64,000 nucleotides of DNA from the human T2T-CHM13v2.0 reference genome, Homo sapiens: assembly GCF_009914755.1 (NCBI RefSeq), contig NC_060941.1; one strand, 5' to 3'. How positions within the stretch are numbered: the first letter of the stretch is position 1; every line of letters starts with the position of its first letter. The notes beneath the pieces are model-generated. The model ran no database searches. It saw nothing but the letters and a program-made list of their open reading frames with translations, and had not been told where the DNA came from. Shown here in pieces: positions 38,101 to 53,100 of the stretch. A program made the translations under genes and the position numbers.

Positions 38101-41100
38101 TTGCAAAGTAATTGATTCAAATGGAATGGAAATGAATGGAATGTAATCTAATGGAATGGAATGCAATGCAATGGCATGGAATAGAATGGAATGCAATGGC
38201 ATGAAATATAATGGAATGCAATGGTATGGAATGGAGTGGAATCGAGTGGAATGGAATCGAATGGAAAGGAATTGAATTTAATGGAATCGAATGGAATGTA
38301 CTGGAATGGAATGGACTCAAATGGAATGGACTGGAACAAAATGGATTCGAACGGATTGGAATTGAATGGAATGGAATGGAATAGAATGGATTGGAATGGA
38401 ATGGAATGGACTCGAATGGAATGGAGTCGAATGGAATGTAACCGAATGGAATGGAATTGAATGGAATAGAATTTAATGGAGTGTAACGGGTAGATATTGA
38501 ATGGATTGGAATTGAATAGAGTGGACTCGAATGGAATGGACTGGAATGGAATGGAATGGAATAGAATGGAATGTACTGGAGTAGAATGGACTCGAATACA
38601 ATGGAAATGAATGGAATGCAATTGAACGGAATGGAAAGGAATAGAATGGAATGGAATTGGATGGAACGGAATGGAATGCAATGGAGTCGAATGGAATAGA
38701 ATCAAATGCAATGGCATGGAAAGGAAAGGAAAGTAATGGAATGGAAGTGAATGGACTTGAATTCAATGGACTCGAGTGGAATACGATAGTATGGAATTCA
38801 ATGGAGTCGAATGGAATAGAATCAAATGCAATGGCATGGAAAGGAAAGGAAAGTAATGGAATGGAAGCGAATGGACTTGAATTCAATGGACTTGAGTGGA
38901 ATACGATAGTATGGAATGGCATAGAATGGAATGGAAATGAATGGAATGGCATGGACCAAAATGTAATGGACTCGAATAGAATGGAATCAAATAGAATGGA
39001 TTCGAAAATAATGGTCTCAAATGGAATTTATATGAAAAGAATGGAATAGAATGGAATGCAATAGTATGGAATGGAATTGAAAGGAATGGAATCCATTGGA
39101 ATGAAATGGAATGGAATGGACTGAAATAGAACAGACTCGAATGTTATGGATTGCAATGTAATTGATTCAAATGGAATGGAAACTAATGGAATGTAATCAA
39201 ATGGAATGCAATCGAAAGCAATGGCATGGAAGAGAATGGAATGCAATGGAATGGAACAGAGTGTAATCGAGAGGAATGGAATCGAATGGAAAGGAATCGA
39301 ATGGAATGGAATCAAATGGAATGTACTGGAATGGAATGGACTGAAATGGAATGGACTCGAATGGAATAGACTCATAGAATGGAATGGAAACGAATGGAAT
39401 AGAATGGAATGGAAAGGAATATAATGGAATCGAATCGGATGGAATGGAATGGAATTGAATGGAATTGAAGGGAATAGCATCCACAGGAATGGCATCGAAT
39501 GGAATGAAATGCAATGGAATGGAATGGAATCGAATAGAACAGAGACGATTCAAATAGAATTGAATAGAATGGCATCAAATCGAATGGAATGGAGTGGAAT
39601 GGAATGGAATGGAATGGAATGGAATGGAATGGAATGGAGGCCCATGTAATGGACTCGAATGGAATAGACTCGAATGGAATGGACTCAAATGGAAAGGATT
39701 CCAAAGCAATAACCTCAAATGAAATTTATTTGAAAAGAATGGAATCGAATGGACTGGAATAGTATGGAATGGAATGGAATTTAATGGAATGGAATGGACT
39801 GGACCGCAATGGAATGGACTGCAATAGAACGGACTCGAATGTAATGAATTGCAATATAACTGATTCGAATGGAATGGAATGGAATGGAATGGAATGGAAT
39901 GGAATGGAATGGAATGCAATGGAATGGAATAGAAAGGAATGTAGTGGAATGGAATGTAGTGGAATCGATTGGAATGGAATCGAATGGAATGGAATCGAAT
40001 GGAATGGAATCGAATGGAATGGACTAGAATGTAAAGGACTGGAATAAAATGTAATCAAATGGATTGCAATCAAACGGAACAGATTAGATATAATGCAATA
40101 TAATGGACTCGAATGGAATGGAGTCGAATGGAATGGAAACGAATGGAGTGGAATCGAATGGAATGGAATTGAATGGAATCTATAGGAATAGAATGGCGTG
40201 GAGTGTAATGGAAAGATATCAAATGGTATGGAATGGAATCCAATGGACTCGATAGGAATGGAATGGAATGGAAAGAACTGAAGTGGAATGGACTGGAGTG
40301 GAATGGACACGAATGTAATGGAAACAAACGGAATGGAATGGAAAGGAATAGAATGAAATGGAATCGGATGGATTGGAATGAAATGGAATGGAGACAATGG
40401 AATAGCGTCGAATGGAATGGTATCGAATGGAATGGCATAGAATGAAATGGAATGGACACGAATGGAATGGACTCTAATGGAATAGAATCGAATGGAATGG
40501 CATCGAATGGAATAGAAAGGAATGGAATGGGATGGACCCAAATGTAATGGACTCAAATGTAATGGATTCAAATAGAATGGACTCGAAAGGAATGGTCTCA
40601 AATGTAACTGAATTGAATGGAATCAAAAGGAGTGCAATGGTAGGGAATGGAATTGAATGGAATGGAATCGAATGGAATTGACTAGAATGGAATGGACTGG
40701 AATAGAATGGACATCAATGTAATGGATTGAAATGTAATTGATTCGAATGCCTTGGAATCGAATGGAATGTAATCAAATGGAATGGAATGGAATGGAATGG
40801 GATGCAATGGAATGGAACGGAGTGGAATCGAGTGGAATGGAATTGAATGGAATGGAATCGAACAGAATGGACTCGAATGGAATCAAATCAAATGGAATGG
40901 ACTGGAACAAAATGTAATCGAACGGATTGGAATTGAATGGATCGCAATGGAATGGAATGGAATGCACCTGAATGGAATGGAGTCGAATGGAATGGACTGG
41001 AACAAAATGGAATTGAATGGATAGGAATAGAATGGAACGGAATGGAAAGGAATGGAATGGAACGGAATGGAATGGAACAGAATGGAATTCACACGAACGG

Positions 41101-44100
41101 AATGGAGTTGAAAGGAATGGAATCGAATGGAATGGAATCAAATTGAATGGAATTGAATGGAATCGAAAGGAATACAATGGAATGGAGTGTAATGGAAAGA
41201 TATCAAATGGAATGGAATGGAAGGGAATGGACTCGAATAGAATGGACTGGAATGGAATGGACTCGAATGGAATGGACTGTAGAAGAATGGACTCGAATGG
41301 AACGGAAATGAATGGAATGGGATGGAAAGCAATCGGTTGGAACAGAATGGAATAGAATGGAGTCGAATGGGATAGAATCAAATTGAATGGCTTCAAATGG
41401 AATGGAATGGAATCAAATCGAATGGAATAGAATGAAATGGACTCAAATGGAATGTACTCGAATGGAATAGAATCGAATGGAATGGCATCGAATGGAATGG
41501 AATGGAATGGAAAGGAATAGAAAGGAATGGAATGGAATCAAACTGATTGGAATTGAATGGAATAGAAAGGAATAGAATGGAATGGAATGTAATGGAAAGA
41601 TGTCAAATGGAATGGTAAGGAATGGAATGGACTCGAATGGAATGGACTAGAATAGAATGGAATCGAATGGAATGAAATGGAGTGGAATGGACTTGAAAGG
41701 AATGGAAATGAATGGAATGGAATAGAATGGAATGGAATGGAAAGGAATATAATAGAATGGAATCAGATGGAATGGAATGGAAAGGAATGGAGTCAAATGG
41801 AATAGAATCGAATGGGATGGCATCAAATGGAATGGAACGGAATGGGATGGACTCGAATGGAATAGAATAGAATGGAATGGCATCGAATGGATTGGAATGG
41901 AATGGACTCGAATGGAATGCAATCGAACGGAATGTAATCAAATGGAATGGAATGGAATGCAATGGAATGGAAGAGAATGCAATGCAATGGAATGGAATGC
42001 AGTGGAATGGAGTGGAATAGAATCGAATGGAACGGAATCCAATGTAATGGAATCGAATGGAATGGACTGTAATGGAATGGACTTGAATGGAATTGACTCG
42101 AATGGAATGGACTGGAACAAACTGGAATCAAACGGCTTGGAATCGAACGGAACGGTAGGAACGGAATGGAATGGAATGGATTCGAATGGAATAGAGTCAA
42201 ATGGAATGGCATCGAATGGAATGGAATAGAATGGATTGGAATGGACTCGAATGGAATGAAATAGAATGGAGTAGATTCGAATGGATTGGCATCAAATAGA
42301 ATGGAATGGAATGGAATGGAATGGAATGGAATGGAATGGAATGGAATGGAATGGAATGGACTCCAATGGAATGGACTCAAAAGGAATAGAATAGAGTGGA
42401 ATGCCATCGAATGGAATGGAACGGACCCAAAGGAAATGTATTCGAATGGAATGGACTCAAATAGAATGGAATCGAAAGGAATGGAATCGAATGGAATTTA
42501 TTCAAATAGAATGGAATCGAATGGAATGCAATAATATGGAATGGAATTGAAAGGAATGGAATCGAATGGAATTCATTCGCATAGAATGGAATTGAATGGA
42601 ATGCAATAACATGGAATGGAATTGAAAGGAATGGAATCGAATGGAATGGACCGGAATGGAATGGACTGGAATAGAATGGACACAAATGTAATGGATTGCA
42701 AAGTAATAGACTTGAATGGAATGGAATCGAATGGAATGTAATCAAATGGAATTTAATGGCATGCAATGGAATGGAATAGAATAGAATGCAATGGAAGGGA
42801 ACGGAGTGGAATCGAGTGGAATGGAATCGAATGGAATGGAAAAGAATGGAATGAAATAGAATGGAATGGACTGGAATGGAATGGAATCGAATGCAATGGA
42901 GTGGAACAAAATGGAATCGAACGGATTGGTATCGAACAGAACGGAATGAAATGGAATAGAATGGACTCAAATGGAATGGAGTTGAATGGAAAGGAACCGA
43001 ATGGATTGTAATCGAATGGAATGGAATTGAACGGAATCAAAAGGAATAGAATGGAATGGAGTGTAATGGAAAGATATCAAATGGAATGTAATGGAATGGA
43101 ATTGAATGGACAGAACTTGAATGGAATGATCTCAAATGGAATGGAATGGAGTGGAATGGACACGAATGGAATGGAAACGAATGGTAGGGAATGGAATGGA
43201 AAGGAATAGAATGGAATGGAATTGGATGTAACGGAATGGAATGGAATGGATTCGAATGGAATAGAATCAAATGGAATGTCATCAAATAGAATGGAGTTGA
43301 ATGCAATGGAATGGACTTGAAGAATGGAATCGAATGGAATAGAATCCAATGGAATGGCATCGAATCGAATGGAAAGTAATGGAATGGAATGGACCCAAAT
43401 ATAATGGACTCGAATGGAATGGACTCAAATAGAATGGACTTGAAAGGAATGGTCTCGAATGGAGTTTACTCGAATAGAATGAAATCCAAAGGAATGCAAT
43501 AGTATGGAATGGAATCGAATGGAATGTACTGGAAAGGAATGGACTGGAATAGAATGGAATCGAATGTACTGGATTGAAATGTAATTGATTCCAATGCCTT
43601 TGAATCAAATGGACAGTAACCAAATGGAATGGAATGAAATGCAATGGAATGGAATAGAATGGAAGACAATGGAATTGAACAAAGTGGAATCGAGTGGAAT
43701 GGAATTGAATGGAATGGAATGGAATGGAATCAACTGGAATGGAATGGACTCGAATTGAATGGACTGGAACAAAAGGGAATCGAATGGATCAGAATCGAAC
43801 CGAATGGAATGGAATGGAACGGAATGGAATGGACTCGAATGGAATGGAGTTGAATGGAATGGAACGGAATGGAAAGGAATCGAATGGAATGTAATTGAAT
43901 AGAATAGAAAGGAATAGAATGGAATGGAGAGTAATAGAAATATAAAGAATGGAAAGAAATGGAAAGGAATGGACACGAATGGAATTAACTGAAATGGAAT
44001 GGACTTGAATGGAAAGGACTGGAGTGGAATGGACTCGAATGGAATGGAAACTTATGAAATGGAATGGAATACGATAGAATGGAATTGGATGGAATGGAAT

Positions 44101-47100
44101 TAAATTGAATGGAATCGAATGGAATAGAAAAGAATGGAATGGCATCGAATGGAGTGGAAAGGAATGGACTCGAATGGAGTAGAATCGAATGGAATTAAAT
44201 GGAATGGAATGGAATGAAATGGAAGTTACCAAAATGTAATAGACTCTAATGGAATGGACACAGAATGGACCCAAAAGTAAGGGTATCAAATGGAATTTAT
44301 TCGAATAGAATGAAATTGAATCAAATGCAATAGTATGGAATGGAATTGGATGGATTGGAATCAAGTGCAGTGGACCAGAATGGAATGGACTGGAATACAG
44401 CTGACTGGAATGTAATGGATTGCAATGTACTTGATTCGAAAGGAATGGAATTGAATGGAATGTAATCAAATGGAATGCAATGGAATGGAATGGGAAGGAA
44501 CAGAAAGCAATGCAATGGAATGGAATGGCTTGGAATCGAGTGGAAAGGAATTGAATGGAATGGAATCGAATGGAATGGATTGGAATGGAATGGACTCGAA
44601 TGGAATGGACTGGAAAAAAATGGAAACGAACGGATTGGAATCAAATGTAACAAAATGGAATGGAATGGAAAGGAATGGACGTGAATGGAATGGAGTCGAA
44701 CGTAATGGAACCGAATGGAATGGAATTGAATGGAATTGAAAGGAATAGAATAGAATGGAGTGTAATGGAAAGATATTGAATGGAATGGAAAGGAATGGAA
44801 TCAACTCGAATGGAATGGACTGGAACGAAATGGAATCGAATGGAATGGACTGGAGTGGAATGGACTCGAATGGAATAGAAACGAATGGAATGGAATGGAA
44901 AGGAACAGAATGGAATGGAATCAGATGGAACGGAATGGAATGAAATGGAGTCGAATGGAATAGAATCGAAAGGAATGGCATTGGATAGAATGGAATGGAA
45001 TGGAATGGAATGGAATGCAATGGAATGGAATGGAATGGCATTGAATGGAATGGAAGGGAGTGTAATGGAAAGATATCGAATGGAATGGAATGGAATGGAA
45101 TGGAATGGAATGGACTCGAATGGAATGGACAGGAATCGAATGGACTGGAGAGGAATGGACTCGAATGGAATGGACTGGAATGGAACGGACTTGAGTGAAA
45201 TGGAAACGAATGGAAAGAATTGAATGGAAAGGAATGGAAAGGAATAGAATGGAAGGAATCAGATGGAACTGAATGGAATGGAATGGAGTCAAATGAAATA
45301 GAATAGAATGGAATGGAATGGAATGGACTCGAATGGAATGTACTCGAAAGGAATAGAATAGAATGGATTGGCATCGAATGGAATGGAATGGAATGAATTG
45401 CAATGGAATGGAATGGACCCAAATGGAATGGACACGAATGGAATGGACTCAAATAAAATGGACTCAAAAGGAATGGTCTCGAATAGAATTTATTCAAATA
45501 GAATGGAATCGAATGGAATGAGAAAGTGTGGAATGCAATGCGAAAATGTGGAATGGAATCGAATGGAATGGAATCAAACGGAATGGACAGGAATGGAAAG
45601 GACTGAAACAGAACAGACTCGAATATGATGGATTGCAATGTAATTGATTTGAATGGAATGGAATCAAATGGAATGGAATCAAATGGAATGGAATGGAATG
45701 CAAAGGAATGTAATTGAATGGAATGCAATGGAATGGAACTGAGTGGAATCGAGAGGAATGGAATTGAACGGAATGGAATCGAATGGAATGGAGTCGCATT
45801 GAATGGACTGGAATGGAATGGACTCAAATGGAACGGACTGAAACAAAATGGAATCGAATGGAAAGGAATCGAATGAAATGGAATGGTATGGAAATGAATG
45901 GAATGGAATGGAATGGAATGCAAAGGAACAGAATGGAATGGAATCGTGTGGAATGGAATGGAATGGAATGCAGTTGAATGGAATAGATTCGAATGGAATG
46001 GCAACGAATGGAATGGAATGGAATCGAATGGAATGCACTTGAAAGGAATAGAATAGAATGGAATGGCACCGAATGGAATGGAATGGACTGGACGGAAATG
46101 TAATGGACTCGAAAGGAATAGACTCAAAAACAATGGACTTGAAAGGAATGGTCTCGAGTGGTATTTATTCGAATAGAATGGAATCGAAACGAATGCAATA
46201 GAATGGAATATAATGGAATGGAATAGAATCCAATAGTACTGACTTGAATGGAATCGACTGAAATAGAATGCACTCGAATGTAATGGATTGCAATGTAATT
46301 GATTAGAATGGAATGGAAATGAATGGAATGTAATCAAATGGAATGGAGTGGAATGCAATGGAATGGAATAGAATGGAATATAATGAAATGGAATGGAGTG
46401 GAATCAAGTGGAATGGGATTGAAAGGAATGTAATCGAATGGAATTGAATGAAATGGAATGGACTGGAATGGAATGGACTCGAAGGGAATGGAGTCGCATG
46501 GGATGGTATCGAATGGAATGGGATCGAATGGAATGGAATTGAATATAATTGAAATGAATAGAATGGAATGGAGTGTAATGGAATGATATCGAATGGAATG
46601 GAAGGGAACGGAATTGAATGGAATGGACAGGAATGGAATGTACTCGAATGGCATGGACGGGAGTGGAATGGACTCGAATACAATGAAAATGAATGGAAAG
46701 GAAAGGAATGGAATGGAATGGAATGGAATGGAATGGAATGGAAAGGAGTGAAATGGATAGGAATAGAATGTAATAGAATCGGATGGAACGGAATGGAAAG
46801 CAATGGAGTCGAATGGAATGGAATTGAAAAGAATGGCATCTAATCGAATGCAATGTCATCGAATGGAATGGAATGGAATGGAATGGACTCGAATGGAATG
46901 GACTCTAATGGAACAGAATTGTATGGAATGGCATCGAATGGAAAGGAATGGAATGGAATGGAATAGAATGGAATGGAATGGACACAAACCTAATGGAGGC
47001 AAATGGAATTTATTAAAATAGAAGTTCCTCGGAAAGAATGGCCTCGAAAGGAATTTATTCGAATAGAATGGAATTTAATGGAATGCAATTGTATGGAATG

Positions 47101-50100
47101 GAATCGAATGGAATGGAATCGATTGGAATGCACAGGCATGGAAAGGACTGGAATAGAACTGACTCGAATGTAATGGATTGCAATGTAATTGATTCAAATG
47201 GAGTGGAATCGATGGGAATGTAATCAAATGGAACGGAAAGGAAAGCAATGGAATGGAATTGAATGGAATGCAATGGAATGGGAGGGAGTAGAATCGACTG
47301 GAATGGAATCGAATGGAATGAAATCGAATGGAATGGAATCGAATGGAATGGACTGGAATGGAATGGACTCGAATGGAAGTGGTTGGAACATAATGGAATT
47401 GAACGGGTTGGAATTGAACAGAAAGGAATGGAATGGAATGGACTGGAATGGAATGGAGTCGAATGGAATGGAACGGAATGGAATGGAATTGAAAGGAATA
47501 GAATGGAATGGAGTGTAATGGAAAGATATTGAATGGAATGGAATGGAATGGACTCGAATGGAATGGACTGGAGTGGAATTGATTCGAATGGAATGGAAAC
47601 AAATGGAATGGAATAGAATGGAAAGAAATAGAATAGAATGGAAAGAAATGCAGTCGAATGAAGTAGAATCGAATGGAATGGCATGGAACGGAATGGAATG
47701 GAATGCAATGGAATGGAATGGAATGGACACGAATGGAATAGAATAGAAAGGAATGGCATCGAATGGAATGTAATTGAATGGACTGTAATGGAATGATATC
47801 GAATGGAATGGAATGGACTGGAATGGAATGGACTCGAATTTAATGCACTGGAATGGAATGGACTCGAATGGAATGGAAACGAATGGAATGGTATGGAATG
47901 GAAGGGACTGGAAAGGAATAGGACGGAATGGAATCGGATGGAATGGAATGGAATGATGTCGAATGGATTAGAATTGAATGGAAAGTCATTGAATGGAATG
48001 GAATGGAATGGAGTGGAATGGAAAGGAATGGAATGGAGTGGAAAGCAATCCAATGGAATGGAATGGAATGGATTAGAATGGAATGGAGTAAAATTCACCC
48101 AAATGTAATGGGCTCAAATGGAATGGATTCAAATAGAGTAGACTCGAAAGGAATGGCCTCGAATGGAATTTATTTGAATAGAATGGAATCGAGTGGAAAG
48201 CAATAGTATGAAATAAAATTGAAAGGAAAGGAATTGGATGGAATGGACTTGAATGGAATGGACTTGAAATGAACGGACTGAAATGTAATGTATTGCAATG
48301 TAATTGGTTCGAATGGAATGGAGTTGAGCGGAATGTAATCAAATGGAATGGAATGGAATTCAACTGAATGGAATAGAATGGAATGCAATGGAATGGAACA
48401 GAGTGGAAGAGAGTGGAATGGAATCATATGGAATGGAATTGAAAGGAATGGAAACGAATGGAATGGAATGCACTCGAATGGAATGCAGTGGAACAAAATG
48501 GAATCAAACGGATTGGAATCGAATGGAACAGAGTGGAATGGAATGGAGTCAAAAGGAATGGAGTCGAATGGAATGAAACCGAATGGAATGGAATTGAATG
48601 GAATCAAACGGAATAGAATGGAATGGAGTGTAATGGAAAGACATCGTAAGGAATGGAATGAAATGGCTCAAATGGAATGGACTGGAATGGAATGGGCTCA
48701 AATAGAATGCACTGGAGTGGAATGAACTCGAATGGAATGGAAACGAATGTATTGGAATGGGATGGAATGCAATAGAATGGAATGGAATCGGAAGGAGCGG
48801 AATGGAATGAAATGGAGTCGAATGGAATAGAATCGAATGGAATGTCATCAAATGGAAGGGAATGGAATGGAATGGAATCGACTCGTATGGAATAGAATAG
48901 GATTGAATGGCATCGAACAGAATGGAACGGAATGGAATGGACCCTTTGGGGTCCATTTGGATTCAAATGGAATGGACTCAAACAGAATGGACTTGAAAGA
49001 ATGTTCTCGAAAGGAATTTATTCGAATAGAATGGAATAGAAAGGAATGCAATATTATGGAATGGAATCGAATGGAATGGAATCGAATGGAAAGGAACGGA
49101 ATGGAATGGAATGGAATAGAATGGACTCGAATGTAATGCACTGGAAAGTAATTTATTTGAATGGAATGGATTCAAATGGAATGTAATCAAATGGAATGGA
49201 ATGGAATGCAATAGAATGGAATAGAATGCAATTCAATGGAATGGAAGGGAGTGGAATTGACAGGAATGGAACCAAATGGAAAGGAATCGAATGGAATGGA
49301 ATGGATTCGAATGGAATGGACCAGAACAAAATGGAATCGAAGAGACTGGGATCGAATGTAATGGAATGGAATGGAAGGGAATGGAATGGACTCGAAAGGT
49401 ATGGATTCGAATGACATGGAAACGAATGGAATGGCATCGAATTGAATGGAATTTAATGGAATCGAAATGTATAGAATGGAATAGAGTGTAATGGTAGGGT
49501 ATCGAATGGAATGGACTCGAATGGAATGGCCTGGAATGGAATGGAGTCGAATGGAATGGACTCGACTGGAATGGACTCGAATGGAATGGAAACGAATGGA
49601 ATAGAACGGAATGGAATGGAAAGGAATAGAATGGAATGGTATCAGACAGAACGGAATGGAATGGAATGGAGTCAAATGCAATAGAATCAAATTGAATGGC
49701 ATCGAATGGAATGGAATGGAATTGAAAGGACTCATATAGAGTGGACTCGAATGGAATAGAATCAAATGGAATGGCATCAAATGGAATGGAATGGAATGGA
49801 ATGGACCCAAATGTAATAGACTCGAATGGAATGTCCTGAAATAGAATGGATTTGAAAGGAATGATCTTGAATGAAATTTATTCGAATAGAATGGAATCGA
49901 ATGGAATGCAATAGTATGGAATGGAATCGAATAGAATGGAATCAAATGGAATGGATCGGAATGGAATGGACTGGAATACGACGGACTCGAATGTAATGGA
50001 TTGCAATCTAATTGATTCAAATGGAATGGAATCGAATGTAATGGAATCAAATGGAATGGTATGGAATGCAATGGAATGGAATAGAATGGAATGCAATGGA

Positions 50101-53100
50101 ATGGAATGGAGTAGAGTCAAGTGGAATGGAATCGAAAGGAATGGAATCGAATGGAATGGACTGGAATGGAATGGACTCGAATGGAATGGACTGGAACAAA
50201 ATGGAAACGAACGGATTTGAATTGAAAGGAATGGAATGGACTCGACTGGAATGGAGTGGAATGGAATGGAATGGAATGGAATGGAATAGAATGGAATAGA
50301 ATGCAATTGTACGGAATCGAAAGGAATAGAATGGAATGGAGTGTAATTGAAAGATGTTGAATGGAATGGAATGGAATGGAAAGGAATGGACTCGATGGAA
50401 TGGAATGGAAAGGAATGGGCTCGAATAGAATGGACTGGAGTGGAATGGACTCGAATGGAATGGAAAAGAATGGAATGGAATGGAAAGGAAAGGAATAGAA
50501 TGGAATGGAATCGGATGGAATGGAATGAAATGGAACCGCATCGAATGGAAAAGAATCGAATGGAATGGCGTCGAATGGAATGGAATGGAATGGAATGGAA
50601 TGGAATGGAATGGACTCGAATGGAAAGGACTCAAATGCAATAGAATGAAATGCAATGGGAACGAATTGAATGTAATGTAATAGAACATACCCAAATGTAA
50701 TGGACTCGAATGGAATGGTCTCAAATAGCATGGACTTGAAACTAATGGTTTCGAATGGAATTTATTCAAATAGAATGGGATCAAATGGAATGCAATAGTA
50801 TGATATGGAATCGAATGGAATGGAATCGAATGGATTGGACCAGAATGGAATGGAATGGGACAGAATGGACAAGAATGTAATGGATTGCAATGTAACTGAT
50901 TCAAATGGAATGGAATCCACTGGAATGTAAACAAATTGAATGGAACGGAATGCAATGGAAAGGAATAGAATGGAATGCAAAGGAATGGAACGGAGTGGAA
51001 TCGAGTGGAATGGAATAGAATGAAATGGAATCAAATGGAATGGAATTGAATGGAATGGACTGGAATGGAATGGACTCTAATGGAGTGGAGAGGAACAAAA
51101 TGAGAACAAACGGATTGGAATCGAGCGCAACAGAATGTAATGGAATGGAATGGGCTCGAATGGAATGGAGTCAAATGGAATGGAATTGAAGGGAATGGAA
51201 TAGAATGGAATGGAATTGAATGGAATCAAAATGAATAGAAGGGAATGCAGTTTAATGTAAAGATATCGAATGGAATAGAATGGAAAGGACTCGGATGCAA
51301 TGGACTGCAATGGAATGGACTCGAATGGAATGGACTGGAGAGGAATGGACACGAATGTAATGGAAACGAATGGAATGTAATGGAATGGAATGGAAAAGAA
51401 TAGAATGGAATGGAATCGGATGGAATGGGATGGAACGGTATCGAATGGAATAGAATCAAATGGAAGGGCATCGAATGGAATGGAATGAAATGGAATGGAA
51501 TGAAATGAAATGGACTTGAATGCAATGGACTCGAATGGAATAGAATCGAATGGAATGGCATCGAATGGAATGGAATGGAATGGAATGAAATGGAATGGAA
51601 TGGAATGGAATGGAATGGAATGGACCCAAATGTAATAGACTCCAATGGAATGGACTCAAATAGAATGGACTTGAAAGGAAAGGTCACGAATGAAATTTAT
51701 TCGAATAGAATTGAATTGAATGGAATGAAATAGTATGGAATGGAATCGAATGGAATTGACTGGAATGGAATGGACTGGAATAGAACGGACTCAAATGTAA
51801 TGGATTGCAATGTATTTGTTTCGAATGGAATGGAATGGAATGGAATGTGATCAAATGGAATTGAATGGAATGCAATGGAACAGAATAGAATGGGACGCAA
51901 TGTAATGGAATGGATTGATATCGGGTGGAATGGAATCAAATGGAATGGAATCAAATGGAATGGAATCGATTGGAATGGACTGAAATGGAATGGACTCGAA
52001 TGGAATGGACTGAAACATAATGGAATTGAACGGATTGGAACCAAACGAAACGGAACGGAATGGAATGGAATGGCCTCGAATGGAATGGAGTCAAATGGAA
52101 TGGAATCGAATGGAATGGAATGGAATGGAATGGAATGGAATGGAATCGTAAGGAATAGAATGGAATGGAGTGTAGTGGAAAGATTTTGAATGCAATGGAA
52201 TGGAAGGGAATGGACTCGAATGGAATGGAATGGAATGGAATGGACTCGAATTGAATGGACTGGAGTGGAATGGGCTCAAATGGGATGGAAACAAATGGGA
52301 TGGAACAGAATGGAATGGAATGGAATGAATGGAAAGGAATAGAATGGAATGGAATCGGATGGAACAGAATGGATGGGAGTGTAATGGAAAGATATCGAAT
52401 GGAATGGAATGGAATGGACTCGAATGGAATGGATGGGAAAGGAATGGACTCAAATGGAATGGACTGGAGTGGAATGGTCTTGAATGGAATGGAATGCAAT
52501 GGAATGGAAAGGAATAGAATGCAATGGAATGGGATGGAATGGAATGGAATGCAGTCTAAGAGAATAGAATTGAATGCAATGCCATCGAATGGAATGGAAT
52601 GCAATGGACTAGAATGAAATGGACTCAAATGGAATAGAATAGAATGGAATGGCATGGAATGGAATGGAATAGAATGGAGTGCAATAAAATGGAACAGAGT
52701 GGAATCCAGTGGAATGGAATGGCGTGGGATGGAATGGAATGGAATGGAATGGAACCAAATGGAATGGAGTCGAATAGAATGGAATGGAATTGAATAGAAT
52801 GGAATTGAACACAATCAAAAGGAATAGAAAGAATGGAGGGTAATGGAAAGATATCGAATGGAATAGAATGGAAAGGAATGGACTGGAATGGAATGGACTT
52901 GAAAGGGATGGACTGGAGTTGAATGGACTCGAATGAAATGGAAAAGAATGGAATGGAATGGAATGGAACGATTAGAATGGAATGGAGTGGGATGGAATGG
53001 AATAGAATGGATTGAAATCGAATGGAATAGAATCGAGTGGAATGGCATCGAATGGAATGGAATGGACTCGAAAGGAGTGGAAAGTAATGGAATGGAATGG

